From NCBI GenBank assembly GCA_038244685.1, contig JBBRTD010000001.1, forward strand, positions 259,569 to 323,568: a stretch of 64,000 bases of DNA, given 5' to 3'. A program made the translations under genes and the position numbers. How positions within the stretch are numbered: the stretch's first letter is position 1; each line of letters opens with the position of its first letter. Shown one piece after another: positions 1 to 9,857 of this stretch. The notes below the pieces were generated by a model. That model was given only the letters and a program-made list of their open reading frames with translations. It was not told the DNA's origin and did no database searches. This DNA comes from Minisyncoccia bacterium (GTDB lineage Bacteria; Patescibacteriota; Minisyncoccia; Phycocordibacterales; UBA9973).

Positions 1-1893
1 ACAAATACAAACCCTGATGCACTAGATGAATTAAATAAAATAAAAGATGAGTCGTCATGGGGAAGACTTGTAAATAATGAAAATATTTGGAGAAGTATTT
101 ATATGAGCGCTGGGTATGGAGCTCGAGGTGCAACTCATGCAACTTTAGGATTTTTTGCTGCACCATTAGTATCAGGGGTGGTTGGGGGAATCAGAGCAAG
201 AAGAAAAGCTAATGAAAATATAAATAAAGCTTTTAGCGAGGGAACAAAAGAAGAAACTTTTCTAGAAAGGAAAGAGAACGGCAAGAGTGGTATTTTTGAA
301 AACAAAAATTTAAATCAAGGAATAGTCTCAAGTATTTTTTCTGGTAAAAAAGTTAACACCAAAGAAGTGGCGGCTTTTGTGGACGCAGATAGCCAAAAAC
401 AAAGAATCAATAATCTTATAAATAAAATTAACAGTACAGAAAATGGCAAAGAGAAAACATTATTATTGTCACAGCTTTTAGCTCGTATAGAATATATTGA
501 ATTAAAACAACAACAAGGGCTAATAAATTACGGGAACAAAAACCCGATTGGTAAAAATTATGAGTTATTTAAATCTCTAAGTGAAGCCTATGTCGTCTCC
601 GCAAGTATAAGTAATTTAGGACTAGAAATGACCAAGGGAATGAAGGATGATATCCTAGAAAGAGAAACTTTAATTAAAAGTGTTATGGCTAAAAATGAAG
701 CCGCTTTCGGAAAAGGAATCGCTCAATATAAAAACGAAGAAATGTTACGAGGGGCGGCAGTAGCAGGAGGCTTCGCTATTCTAGGTGGCCTTATTCGAGG
801 CATAATACAACACGATGACATTCCAAACGGAGTTCACTCTAATAATGAAATATCAGCAGACAGACAACACCAAATAAATGAAGCTTTGATAAAAGGACAT
901 GATACTCCCTTGGTAAAGCATTTAAATATTGAAGCAATAGCCGACCATGGACAAGGAGCTATTTCAACATTAAGAGAACTTCAAAGAAACCTGAGAGCTG
1001 AATATGGCACTAATTTAGAAAGTGCACCCACAAGTGTAAAACATATTTTAAATACAGACCCTCACAAGCTAGCCCAAGAGTATGGCATGTATAAACCAGG
1101 CAGTGACGCCGAAAGCGCCTTCATTAAATCTGGTTCATCTTTCAAGGTAGATGGCAATGGTAATGTAACTTATCATGAAGTTGGAGGTCACAATGATATT
1201 GTGCTTGAAAAAGGAAATGAGATAAAAGTAAATACAGCCTATGAAGGAAGAATGGCAGATACAGATCACTCTGGTTTAAAAACAGAAACAAATAATATAG
1301 GAGAATCATCTGAATTGTACAAAGTTCCTCCCCAGGTGAGTCCACTAACCGGGGAATTAGCTGGAACTCAAACAGAAGTAACAAATTTAATTGATAATCC
1401 TTATAAAGTTCCAACACAGGTAAGTCCTTTAATTGATGATTCGGTGGGACAACAAAATACAACTACAAATGCAATTGATAACCAATATAAAGTTCCAACA
1501 CAAATAAGTCCTTTGGTGGACGAAGAAAAAGTAATTAATTCTCCCGTTAAAAATTTAGAATCTTCATCACTGGGAACAGATTTTGCTCGTGAAATAAAAA
1601 TTAATTCTGAAGAAAATTTAAAACATATTTTCCCGACAGAAAAATTAATGGAAACTTATGATTATATTAAATCCAATGTTTCTGCTGAAAAATTAATTGC
1701 ATTAAGCAGAGGTGAGGGAGTAGCAGATGCATACAAACCGCTTGTCGCTTATATCGATAAATTGAAAGATGTTTCTGGTTTTAAGCCAATCGGAAAGTCA
1801 TTAATAAATGAAGCAGAATCAATCTCAGACTATATTTTGAGGGCCTCGAAAAAGGCAGCAGAAATGGGAAGATTAGATGAGATTAAATTTTAA
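1..1893 (+). CDS. Large hypothetical membrane-associated protein, 5'-truncated by the window edge
   Basis: Frame 1 is open from position 1, upstream of the ATG at 103. Contains glycine-rich hydrophobic segments and three 28-aa repeats with YKVP[PT]Q[VI]SPL. Confidence 0.75.
   Translation, partial: TNTNPDALDELNKIKDESSWGRLVNNENIWRSIYMSAGYGARGATHATLGFFAAPLVSGVVGGIRARRKANENINKAFSEGTKEETFLERKENGKSGIFENKNLNQGIVSSIFSGKKVNTKEVAAFVDADSQKQRINNLINKINSTENGKEKTLLLSQLLARIEYIELKQQQGLINYGNKNPIGKNYELFKSLSEAYVVSASISNLGLEMTKGMKDDILERETLIKSVMAKNEAAFGKGIAQYKNEEMLRGAAVAGGFAILGGLIRGIIQHDDIPNGVHSNNEISADRQHQINEALIKGHDTPLVKHLNIEAIADHGQGAISTLRELQRNLRAEYGTNLESAPTSVKHILNTDPHKLAQEYGMYKPGSDAESAFIKSGSSFKVDGNGNVTYHEVGGHNDIVLEKGNEIKVNTAYEGRMADTDHSGLKTETNNIGESSELYKVPPQVSPLTGELAGTQTEVTNLIDNPYKVPTQVSPLIDDSVGQQNTTTNAIDNQYKVPTQISPLVDEEKVINSPVKNLESSSLGTDFAREIKINSEENLKHIFPTEKLMETYDYIKSNVSAEKLIALSRGEGVADAYKPLVAYIDKLKDVSGFKPIGKSLINEAESISDYILRASKKAAEMGRLDEIKF
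1318..1515 (+). repeat. Intragenic tandem repeat with 84-nt period
   Basis: YKVPxQxSPL codons begin at 1318, 1402 and 1486. Confidence 0.8.
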
Positions 1894-1937
1894 TTTCTGT
1901 TAAGTGAAAAATTAAATAAAATGTTACAATAGGAGTC

Positions 1938-3869
1938 ATGCAATATATTGATTCATTAAATGACAAACAAAAAGAGGCAGTCCTTTATACAGAGGGGCCT
2001 CTTTTGATAGTAGCGGGTGCGGGTGCAGGTAAAACAAAAACAATAACACACCGAATAATACACTTAATCCACGAGGGTATTGATCCATCGACTATTTTAG
2101 CTGTTACCTTTACCAACAAAGCAGCGAAAGAAATGCGGGATAGAGTAATGTCACTACTTGAAGATAAAATACATGGAATAGTTTCTCCAATTAAAAGCGG
2201 AGGTGTCCCTTTTATTTCTACTTTTCACTCATTAGGGGTTCATATTATAAAAGAAAATGCTCATCTTATAGGACTCACAAAACACTTCTCGATAATAGAT
2301 GAGAGCGATGCAATTTCAATTATAAAGGATGTTATGAGAGAGCATGATATAGATCCAAAGCAGCACGAGCCACGTAAAATAAAAAGTATGATATCCAAAG
2401 CCAAGGGTGATTTTATTCAATTAGAAAGTTATCGAGCAGGAGTCACTAATAGCCTTCAGAGTATTGTGGCTCTTATTTGGGGTGGCTACGAAGCCAGACT
2501 TAAAAAAGAAAAAGGGTTAGATTTTGATGATTTGCTGTTAGAGTCAGTTTTAATTTTGCGTAAATTTCCGGAAGTAAAAAATAAATATCAAGAAAAGTGG
2601 CAATATGTTCATATTGATGAGTATCAAGATACAAATGAAGTTCAATATGAAATGACAAAACTTTTAGTCGGAAAAAAAGAAAATATTTGCGTCGTCGGAG
2701 ATACCGATCAAAATATTTACAGTTGGAGAGGAGCTAATATAAAAAACATGCTTCATTTCGAAAAAGATTACCCAAGTGTAAAAATAGTTATGCTTGAACA
2801 AAATTATCGTTCGACCGGTAATATTATTGAAGCGGCAAATAGTGTCATTGAAAAAAATCAATATCGAGTTCCCAAAACTTTATTTACAAAAAATATTAAT
2901 GGCGAACAAATAGTTGTTTGTGAAGCTTATGATGAAGTAAGTGAAGCTCAATTTGTGGCTAGCGAAATTGATGAATTACTAAAAGAAAATAAACCAGAAC
3001 ATATCGCGATTCTATATCGTGCAAACTTTCAATCAAGAGTTTTGGAAGAATCCTTGCTTAATAAACAAATTCCTTATCAAGTTTTAGGCATTAAATTTTT
3101 TGATCGTCGAGAAATTAAAGACATAATATCTTATATAAAAGCTAGCTTAAATAAAGAAAGCCTCTCTGATGTCAAAAGAATTATAAATACACCAGCTCGT
3201 GGAATTGGAAAGGTAACCCTAACTAAACTTTTTGCTGGTCAATTTACAGACTTACCTGCAAGCATGCAAGGAAAAATTAATTTATTTTATGTTCTCCTTG
3301 AAGACATTCATTTATATATAGATACACATAAACCATCAGAAGTTATTAAATATATAATTGAACGAAGTGGATTGGAAAAAGATTTATCTAACAGTACAAA
3401 TGAAGATTTAGAAAAACTAGAAAACATGAAAGAGCTTGTGACTTTGTGTATTAAGTATGATGAAGAAGAAGATGGAATCGAAAAATTACTGGAAGATGCT
3501 TCACTTTGTAGCGACCAGGATAGTTTAATAAATAAAGAAAAAACTGGCGGGGTTAGACTTATGACAGTTCATGCATCCAAGGGATTAGAATTTAAATATG
3601 TTTTTGTAACAGGTCTTGAACAAGATCTTTTTCCTCATGCAAGGGCCGGAAAGGGAACCAAAGAAGACAAAGAAGAAGAGAGAAGACTTTTCTATGTAGC
3701 GCTAACAAGAGCAGAAAAAAAATTATACTTAACTTATGCATCATTGCGAACAATATTTGGAATGAAACAAGTAAATACTCCAAGTGAATTTATTTATGAT
3801 ATTCCAGTTCACTTAACAGAATTTAGACAAAGTAGCTCAAGAAACGGAGATAAAATAGTTTACTTGTAA
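1938..3869 (+). CDS. pcrA: ATP-dependent DNA helicase PcrA/UvrD (SF1)
   Basis: Motifs AGAGAGKT, TFTNKAA, DEYQDTN, VGDTDQNIYSWRGA, LEQNYRS, TVHASKGLEF, EERRLFYVALTRA. Confidence 0.95.
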   Translation: MQYIDSLNDKQKEAVLYTEGPLLIVAGAGAGKTKTITHRIIHLIHEGIDPSTILAVTFTNKAAKEMRDRVMSLLEDKIHGIVSPIKSGGVPFISTFHSLGVHIIKENAHLIGLTKHFSIIDESDAISIIKDVMREHDIDPKQHEPRKIKSMISKAKGDFIQLESYRAGVTNSLQSIVALIWGGYEARLKKEKGLDFDDLLLESVLILRKFPEVKNKYQEKWQYVHIDEYQDTNEVQYEMTKLLVGKKENICVVGDTDQNIYSWRGANIKNMLHFEKDYPSVKIVMLEQNYRSTGNIIEAANSVIEKNQYRVPKTLFTKNINGEQIVVCEAYDEVSEAQFVASEIDELLKENKPEHIAILYRANFQSRVLEESLLNKQIPYQVLGIKFFDRREIKDIISYIKASLNKESLSDVKRIINTPARGIGKVTLTKLFAGQFTDLPASMQGKINLFYVLLEDIHLYIDTHKPSEVIKYIIERSGLEKDLSNSTNEDLEKLENMKELVTLCIKYDEEEDGIEKLLEDASLCSDQDSLINKEKTGGVRLMTVHASKGLEFKYVFVTGLEQDLFPHARAGKGTKEDKEEERRLFYVALTRAEKKLYLTYASLRTIFGMKQVNTPSEFIYDIPVHLTEFRQSSSRNGDKIVYL

Positions 3870-3914
3870 AACAGACGTTGGACGTCTATAACAAATAGAT
3901 GCTACTATACACAT

Positions 3915-4718
3915 ATGATTTACAAAGCTAAAAAATCGATGGGGCAAAATTTCCTAAAATCAGCTGAAGCTCTTCGAAAGATGTGTGAAGCAGGGGAGGT
4001 AAATGATACTGACACTATAATAGAGATCGGTCCAGGAAAGGGGGCTTTAACCGAAAAACTCCTAGAAAAAGCCAAATTAGTCATTGCTGTTGAAAAAGAC
4101 CGGGATTTAATGGATATTCTGTTGGAAAAATTTGAAAATGAGATAAAAATTGGTAAATTAGTGCTACTAAATGAGAACATTTTGTATTTTGACCCGATAA
4201 AATATGGTCTAAATGAGGGTGAATATAAAATAATCGCTAATATTCCATACAATATAACAGGTGCCATCATTAAAAGATTCTTATCTGAGGTAAATAAACC
4301 AAAGATTATGACCCTTTTGGTTCAAAAAGAGGTAGCAGAACGCATTGTTGCCCGCGATAAAAAAGAAAGTATTCTATCTTTAAGCGTCAGAGCCTATGGA
4401 ACACCACACTATATAATGAAAGTTCACAAAAGATTTTTTTCGCCATCTCCTAAGGTAGACTCAGCTATTATTTCTATAAACAATATTTCAAACAACTTTT
4501 TTATTGACAAAAAGGCAGAAGATTCATTTTTTAAACTCATAAAAGCTGCTTTTGCTCACAAAAGAAAAGTTTTGCGTAAAAATTTAGAAGAAATAGCTCC
4601 TATCACAATTATTGATGAAATGTATGAAAATCTAAAAATAGACTCTAAAATACGAGCAGAAGATTTATCTTTTTCGGTTTGGTTTAAAATGCTAGAATTT
4701 TTTAGTATAAAAATCTAG
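3915..4718 (+). CDS. rsmA: 16S rRNA m6,2A dimethyltransferase
   Basis: Motifs KKSMGQNFL, EIGPGKG, ANIPYNIT, QKEVAERI, FSPSPKVDSA. Confidence 0.95.
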   Translation: MIYKAKKSMGQNFLKSAEALRKMCEAGEVNDTDTIIEIGPGKGALTEKLLEKAKLVIAVEKDRDLMDILLEKFENEIKIGKLVLLNENILYFDPIKYGLNEGEYKIIANIPYNITGAIIKRFLSEVNKPKIMTLLVQKEVAERIVARDKKESILSLSVRAYGTPHYIMKVHKRFFSPSPKVDSAIISINNISNNFFIDKKAEDSFFKLIKAAFAHKRKVLRKNLEEIAPITIIDEMYENLKIDSKIRAEDLSFSVWFKMLEFFSIKI

Positions 4719-4752
4719 TAAGTTTTCTTATTTGGTTGTATAATAAATAGAT

Positions 4753-5250
4753 ATGAAACATTTATTTGCCATCTCTGCTATCTTTTTCAGTATAATGCTA
4801 TCATTGTTCAGTTTTAATATTGCTGATGCAAGTATTACAAACAAATTAACTAAATCATTTGGAGGAAAAATTTTGATAACACCAATTCCTGGTGTTATCT
4901 GTATTGGTGTGGGACAAGCCGTATATATGAATAGTAATATAGGCGGAGCTATTAATGCAGCCAAAAGTGCAACGTCTTCAGCTACTGGTGGAGAAAAAGC
5001 TTTATCTGTATTGGGGGGTATTTATGGAATGATACCTACATATACAACAAATCCATTAAGAAAGCCTATAATAAGTAGGTTTATTCTTGGAACAGAGAAA
5101 TTAATTCCTGACTTTAAAACATGTAAGATCGGTAATATTCCAATACCCGTACTTAGAACAACAAGCAATTACGGTATTTCATCTCCAACCCCCACCCCAA
5201 ATACGAATACAGGAATAATTAGTGGCCAATCAGTTATTAATAATGAATAA
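4753..5250 (+). CDS. Hypothetical secreted protein, first gene of the T4SS-like cluster
   Basis: N-terminal signal peptide, FGGKI motif and two Cys. Confidence 0.7.
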   Translation: MKHLFAISAIFFSIMLSLFSFNIADASITNKLTKSFGGKILITPIPGVICIGVGQAVYMNSNIGGAINAAKSATSSATGGEKALSVLGGIYGMIPTYTTNPLRKPIISRFILGTEKLIPDFKTCKIGNIPIPVLRTTSNYGISSPTPTPNTNTGIISGQSVINNE

Positions 5251-6106
5251 ATATCTTCCTAGTAAACAATTTATTGCTCGACTAATAATAATACTAATTG
5301 TTGTTATTTTTATTTGGGGTTTATATCAAATTCCTAAATTATTTAGAAAAAATAAAAATACATCTCAAAACCCAACAACACTACTTGTTAAAGATTTAAT
5401 TCAAAAAGATAGTAATGATAATGGTATTGCTGATTGGGAAGAGGGATTATGGGGTCTTAATCCGGAGAAAGATGGAGCTTCAAATAAAGAATTTATTTTG
5501 GCTAAACGTTTAGCATTAGCAAAAGATAATGCCTCAGCTGTTGATGGAGGAGGAGCAGATTCATCAGAAAATGACGCACTTTCAAGAGAAGTGTTTGCTC
5601 TTATCTTATCCCTTCAACAGTCAGGCAGTTTAAATTCTGAATCAATGAAATCAATTTCTGAATCTGTCGGTCAAAATATTGTTCCCAATGACATCGCAGA
5701 CATTTACACAAAAAATATGGTTAAGATTGGGGGAACTGAAGCCGAATATTATATAGCCTTTAAAAATCTAGTAGAAAAATACCAAGACAAAGGTATGGGT
5801 AGCGAACTTAGTTTTGTGGCTCAAGGGCTCGAAAATAAAGACCCCCAAGCTTTATATGCAGCCAAAACAGTTGCTGTTTTTTATAGAGAGTTTGGCCAAG
5901 CATTAATAAAAACACCAAGTCCTCTGACTCTTGCTTCAACCAATCTTAGCCTTGCTAATAATTATGAAAAGGTAGCGCAAACAATAGAAGGATTTTCAAA
6001 CGTATTAAATGACCAGATAACAGGAATGAGATCTTTGATTAATTATAAAAAATATAGCGATAAGATAGTTGCTGACATAACAAAACTTTCAGACAATTTA
6101 AAATAA
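5243..6106 (+). CDS. Membrane-anchored hypothetical protein with a Ca-binding TSP3-like motif
   Basis: N-terminal TM segment and DSNDNGIADWEE. ATG at 5243 preferred over GTG at 5222. Confidence 0.75.
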   Translation: MNKYLPSKQFIARLIIILIVVIFIWGLYQIPKLFRKNKNTSQNPTTLLVKDLIQKDSNDNGIADWEEGLWGLNPEKDGASNKEFILAKRLALAKDNASAVDGGGADSSENDALSREVFALILSLQQSGSLNSESMKSISESVGQNIVPNDIADIYTKNMVKIGGTEAEYYIAFKNLVEKYQDKGMGSELSFVAQGLENKDPQALYAAKTVAVFYREFGQALIKTPSPLTLASTNLSLANNYEKVAQTIEGFSNVLNDQITGMRSLINYKKYSDKIVADITKLSDNLK

Positions 6107-6132
6107 GTGATATAATAAAATAGTAAATTAAT

Positions 6133-8295
6133 ATGAAAGACCCAATCATAAAAAGAACAATCTCAGGAATTATTATATTAGCATTTTTCTCTTCGTCTAT
6201 ATTAATACCATCGAATGCCGTTGCTGCAACCAAGGGTTTAAATTGGAATAATCCAAACCAGGGGAATGCTTTTAAATTAGACGCTTCGACTCTTTTGAAT
6301 GCTAATAATTTAATGGCCGTTGTTGGATGTACTGGTATTGTAGATACAGCAACAGATGCCGCGATGAGATTGGTCAGTAAGGTTACCACAAAAGTATTAA
6401 ATAAATTAATTGGGGGGGGAGAGGTTTCTGTAACTGATTCTCAATTAGCTTCACAACAAAAAATTAGTGACAAAAGACAAGCCTGTTTTGATGGACTTGC
6501 ATACGCTCTTGCAAAACAACAATTAGTCAGCATGACAAAATCAACTATGAATTGGGTTAATAGTGGATTTAACGGCGACCCAATGTATGTCAGAGACATA
6601 AATTCACTAACAAATAGTATTGAGGGTAAAATATTAGAAAAAGAAGTTAATTTGTTTAAAAATTCTCCAAATGGATCTGGAGATTACCCTTATGGTAGAA
6701 ACTTTGCTCTATCTCAGATAAGTTCTTTTAGACTTGGACAAAATCCAAACAACGCTCTCAAACAAAATCTTTCAAATTATTTATCAGGGGATACAGGTAG
6801 TGGTAGATATGTAGAAAGCTATACAAACAATTTCTCAATGGGTGGGTGGAATGGATGGTTAGCCTTTACTCAGATGCCACAGAATAATCCTCTTGGTTTC
6901 GACATGATTGCCAGTCAAAAACTTGCCGACAGTCAAAAAAAAGAAGTAACAAATACAAAAACGGAAGTAGCTAGAAATGGTGGAATGCTTGATCAAAAGA
7001 AATGTGTTCTCTGGAATATGATAGATGATGCAACTGGTGAATACATAATGGAGGATGTCTACAATGAAGATGGAGTTACCTCTGTAATATCAACAACCAC
7101 TAACCCTATGCCAGAAGACGAATGTGTTAATTATGAGACAGTCACTCCAGGTAGTTTAATAAAAGATAAAGTTTCAAAGTATCTTAATTCAGGAGAAACA
7201 CAACTTGAACTTGCCGATTCTTTAAATGAAGTTTTATATTCTATCTTTGGTAACCTTATATCAAAATTCCAACAAAATGGTCTTTCAAGTCTGTCATCAA
7301 ATACAACTGATTTTTCTAATGTCTCTGATGGTATTGGTTCAAATAAAATAGTTGATGCAAATGGAAAATATATTACGAGTGGAAATGATGGAGGAGTTGA
7401 CCCTAGTTCAAACTTTGATATTACTTCCGATCTAGGAAGCGGTAGTACTACATGTTTAAATGATCAACCAAATGGAATAGGTGCGGATAAAAATACTTGC
7501 GGAATAATTGAAACCCAACAAAAATATATCGCAACTGTTAAAAACCTATTTCCTCCGCTTGAAAAAGTTATGCTAAAGCTAGGGGAGCTTGATTATTGTA
7601 TACCAGGGCCAAATCCAAATTGGCAAGAAAACTCTACAAATGCTGCAAATGCTTACACAAATTGGCTAAATAGTATTGCTGTGGTTGGTTCTTCGTCTGG
7701 ATTTTTAGGCTCAAGTAATTACACAATTACCATACCTGACATTAATTCAGCAGCTTCTCAAAATTATATAAATAGTATAGATAATAACCTTACTTATTGG
7801 AAAGATCTTCAAAGTAGCTGGTATTTCAATTTAGGATTTGGAGATCTAACTGCTGGAGTTTCATCAAGCGCCCAAGATAGAATTACCAATAGAGTTGAGC
7901 CAAGAATGGCCGAATTAGAAACAGCCGAAGCTGAATATAAAGTTACAGCAGATGCCCGTTATGGTTTTAAGAGTTCTATGCAAACTGAATTTCTGAACAA
8001 TGGAACAGCTACTATGACTGAAAATTCAGACTATTTAGCAATGGCGCAAACAGGATTAAACATTACAAAAGATATATCTTCTTATGCCGAAAGTATTGGT
8101 GATATGACAACAACTTACCAGAGTCGAATAATAGAAACAACAGCCAATATATACAAACTCAAAAAATTAAAAGAGAAGATAGATATCATTGTTACCAGGG
8201 CTCAAAAACTTAGAGATGAAACAAGAGCTTCAAGTGGAGCACCTGCTATAACTAGGGTATGTCTTGCAAATGAAAAAACAACAATTACTCAATAA
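6133..8295 (+). CDS. Large secreted hypothetical protein of the T4SS-like cluster
   Basis: Signal peptide, GGWNGW/PQNNPLG segment, paired Cys and a C-terminal coiled coil. Confidence 0.8.
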   Translation: MKDPIIKRTISGIIILAFFSSSILIPSNAVAATKGLNWNNPNQGNAFKLDASTLLNANNLMAVVGCTGIVDTATDAAMRLVSKVTTKVLNKLIGGGEVSVTDSQLASQQKISDKRQACFDGLAYALAKQQLVSMTKSTMNWVNSGFNGDPMYVRDINSLTNSIEGKILEKEVNLFKNSPNGSGDYPYGRNFALSQISSFRLGQNPNNALKQNLSNYLSGDTGSGRYVESYTNNFSMGGWNGWLAFTQMPQNNPLGFDMIASQKLADSQKKEVTNTKTEVARNGGMLDQKKCVLWNMIDDATGEYIMEDVYNEDGVTSVISTTTNPMPEDECVNYETVTPGSLIKDKVSKYLNSGETQLELADSLNEVLYSIFGNLISKFQQNGLSSLSSNTTDFSNVSDGIGSNKIVDANGKYITSGNDGGVDPSSNFDITSDLGSGSTTCLNDQPNGIGADKNTCGIIETQQKYIATVKNLFPPLEKVMLKLGELDYCIPGPNPNWQENSTNAANAYTNWLNSIAVVGSSSGFLGSSNYTITIPDINSAASQNYINSIDNNLTYWKDLQSSWYFNLGFGDLTAGVSSSAQDRITNRVEPRMAELETAEAEYKVTADARYGFKSSMQTEFLNNGTATMTENSDYLAMAQTGLNITKDISSYAESIGDMTTTYQSRIIETTANIYKLKKLKEKIDIIVTRAQKLRDETRASSGAPAITRVCLANEKTTITQ

Positions 8296-8300
8296 TATTT

Positions 8301-9794
8301 ATGGAAAATAATAACCCTAAAAAAAGTAAAGCATTCATAATAACTTTTATAATAATATTGATACTTTTAATATTAGGTTATTATCTATTCAGTAATCGAG
8401 ATCAAATATTTGGAACTAAGGGAACTTTATCTGTAAGTAAAATATTTTCTCCACTCTTAGGTTCTTCTAAGAAAACTGATGTAAAAGTTATTGATGAAAA
8501 CAAAGATGGAGTAAATGTTACCCCTACGGTTGAAACAAAAATAACAGGGGTGATTATAACTGATGCCGATGGTAATAAAATTATAGTAGGCGAAGCAGGA
8601 GAAATAATTAAAAAAGGAGATGTGTTATATATCTCAGGATTTAATGCAAGTAAAAATCCAATTATAATGAAAGCTATCGCAAGCGACAAAGCGAAGTCTC
8701 TTGTTTTCGGAGTGGCTGGCCAAGATATAAATAAAGGGGAAACAGGAAATGTAATAATAAGTGGAGTTTTAAATGGAGTTCCTACTAATAAAAAAGAGGT
8801 AACACTATGGGCCATTAATAATTCACTATATTTAAGCGATAAGGTTTACGGCGCAATGACAAAAAATTCACCAGTTGCCCCATCTTCTAAAGTTTTAGTT
8901 GGTAGCGTTCTAAAGATTGATAAACTTAACGGATCTATTCAAATAGGAAACTTAGCAAGTAATTTAAATATAAACAGTACCCAAGTTACAAATTTAAATA
9001 AATTAAATGGAGAACTATTAAATGGAGCGACAACCGACATGAGAGACTATTGGAGTTCAGTCTTTGGTGTAAATTCATATACTGGTGGTGTCCCTGATTT
9101 TTCATATACTAATCCTCCATTTAATCCAATCGCTGTTCCAATTAACCCAAATAATCCAACAAACCCAAACACACCAACGAATCCAAATATTAATCCAAAT
9201 AATATTTGCCAAAACAGTGCAACAAATTATCCTATTTGTACGACTATTAATGGCAAATGTATTAATGGAGCGACAAACCCAGGGGTCTGTACAAATTCTA
9301 TACAAAATAAATGTACAAATGGTGCAACTAATTATCCAACGTGTACCACAAAGGGAGGTGTTTGCGTTAATCGTGCTACAAATCCCGACCTATGTACAAT
9401 TACCCCAGGTGAAATAACAGACACTGGAACAATTACAGAAAGTATGTGTCCTGTTGATGATCCGCTTTCTAATTACTTTACAGATCAAGACAAAATTGAT
9501 TTAGAAAATTATCTTCGACAGTTCTATCTTATCGCTCCAACCATAAAAACAGGGGATTCTATTAAGATTGCCGAGAATGAAATACTTGACAATAACTCTT
9601 TCATTGGCCAGCTTGATCAATTAATTAAAGACTGCAATGAGCAGAAAAGCAAAGCTTCATATACAGGTCCCCAAGAAATAATTAGTAATCCTTATTACCA
9701 AGGCCCTGTTGATAGTAATGCATATATCAGTAGTCAGCCAGTAAAATCAACACAACCATTTAGCATATTAGAAAAATTGTTAAATATTTGGTAA
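8301..9794 (+). CDS. Membrane-anchored protein with a beta-rich domain, Asn/Pro linker and Cys-rich repeats
   Basis: N-terminal TM segment, NPNNPTNP linker and four CxNxATNx(2-3)CT repeats. Confidence 0.8.
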   Translation: MENNNPKKSKAFIITFIIILILLILGYYLFSNRDQIFGTKGTLSVSKIFSPLLGSSKKTDVKVIDENKDGVNVTPTVETKITGVIITDADGNKIIVGEAGEIIKKGDVLYISGFNASKNPIIMKAIASDKAKSLVFGVAGQDINKGETGNVIISGVLNGVPTNKKEVTLWAINNSLYLSDKVYGAMTKNSPVAPSSKVLVGSVLKIDKLNGSIQIGNLASNLNINSTQVTNLNKLNGELLNGATTDMRDYWSSVFGVNSYTGGVPDFSYTNPPFNPIAVPINPNNPTNPNTPTNPNINPNNICQNSATNYPICTTINGKCINGATNPGVCTNSIQNKCTNGATNYPTCTTKGGVCVNRATNPDLCTITPGEITDTGTITESMCPVDDPLSNYFTDQDKIDLENYLRQFYLIAPTIKTGDSIKIAENEILDNNSFIGQLDQLIKDCNEQKSKASYTGPQEIISNPYYQGPVDSNAYISSQPVKSTQPFSILEKLLNIW

Positions 9795-9857
9795 TTGTTA
9801 AATTAAATAAAGAATTAATAGAGATTTTGGCGAAAAGTTTGGTATAATAAAAATAGT

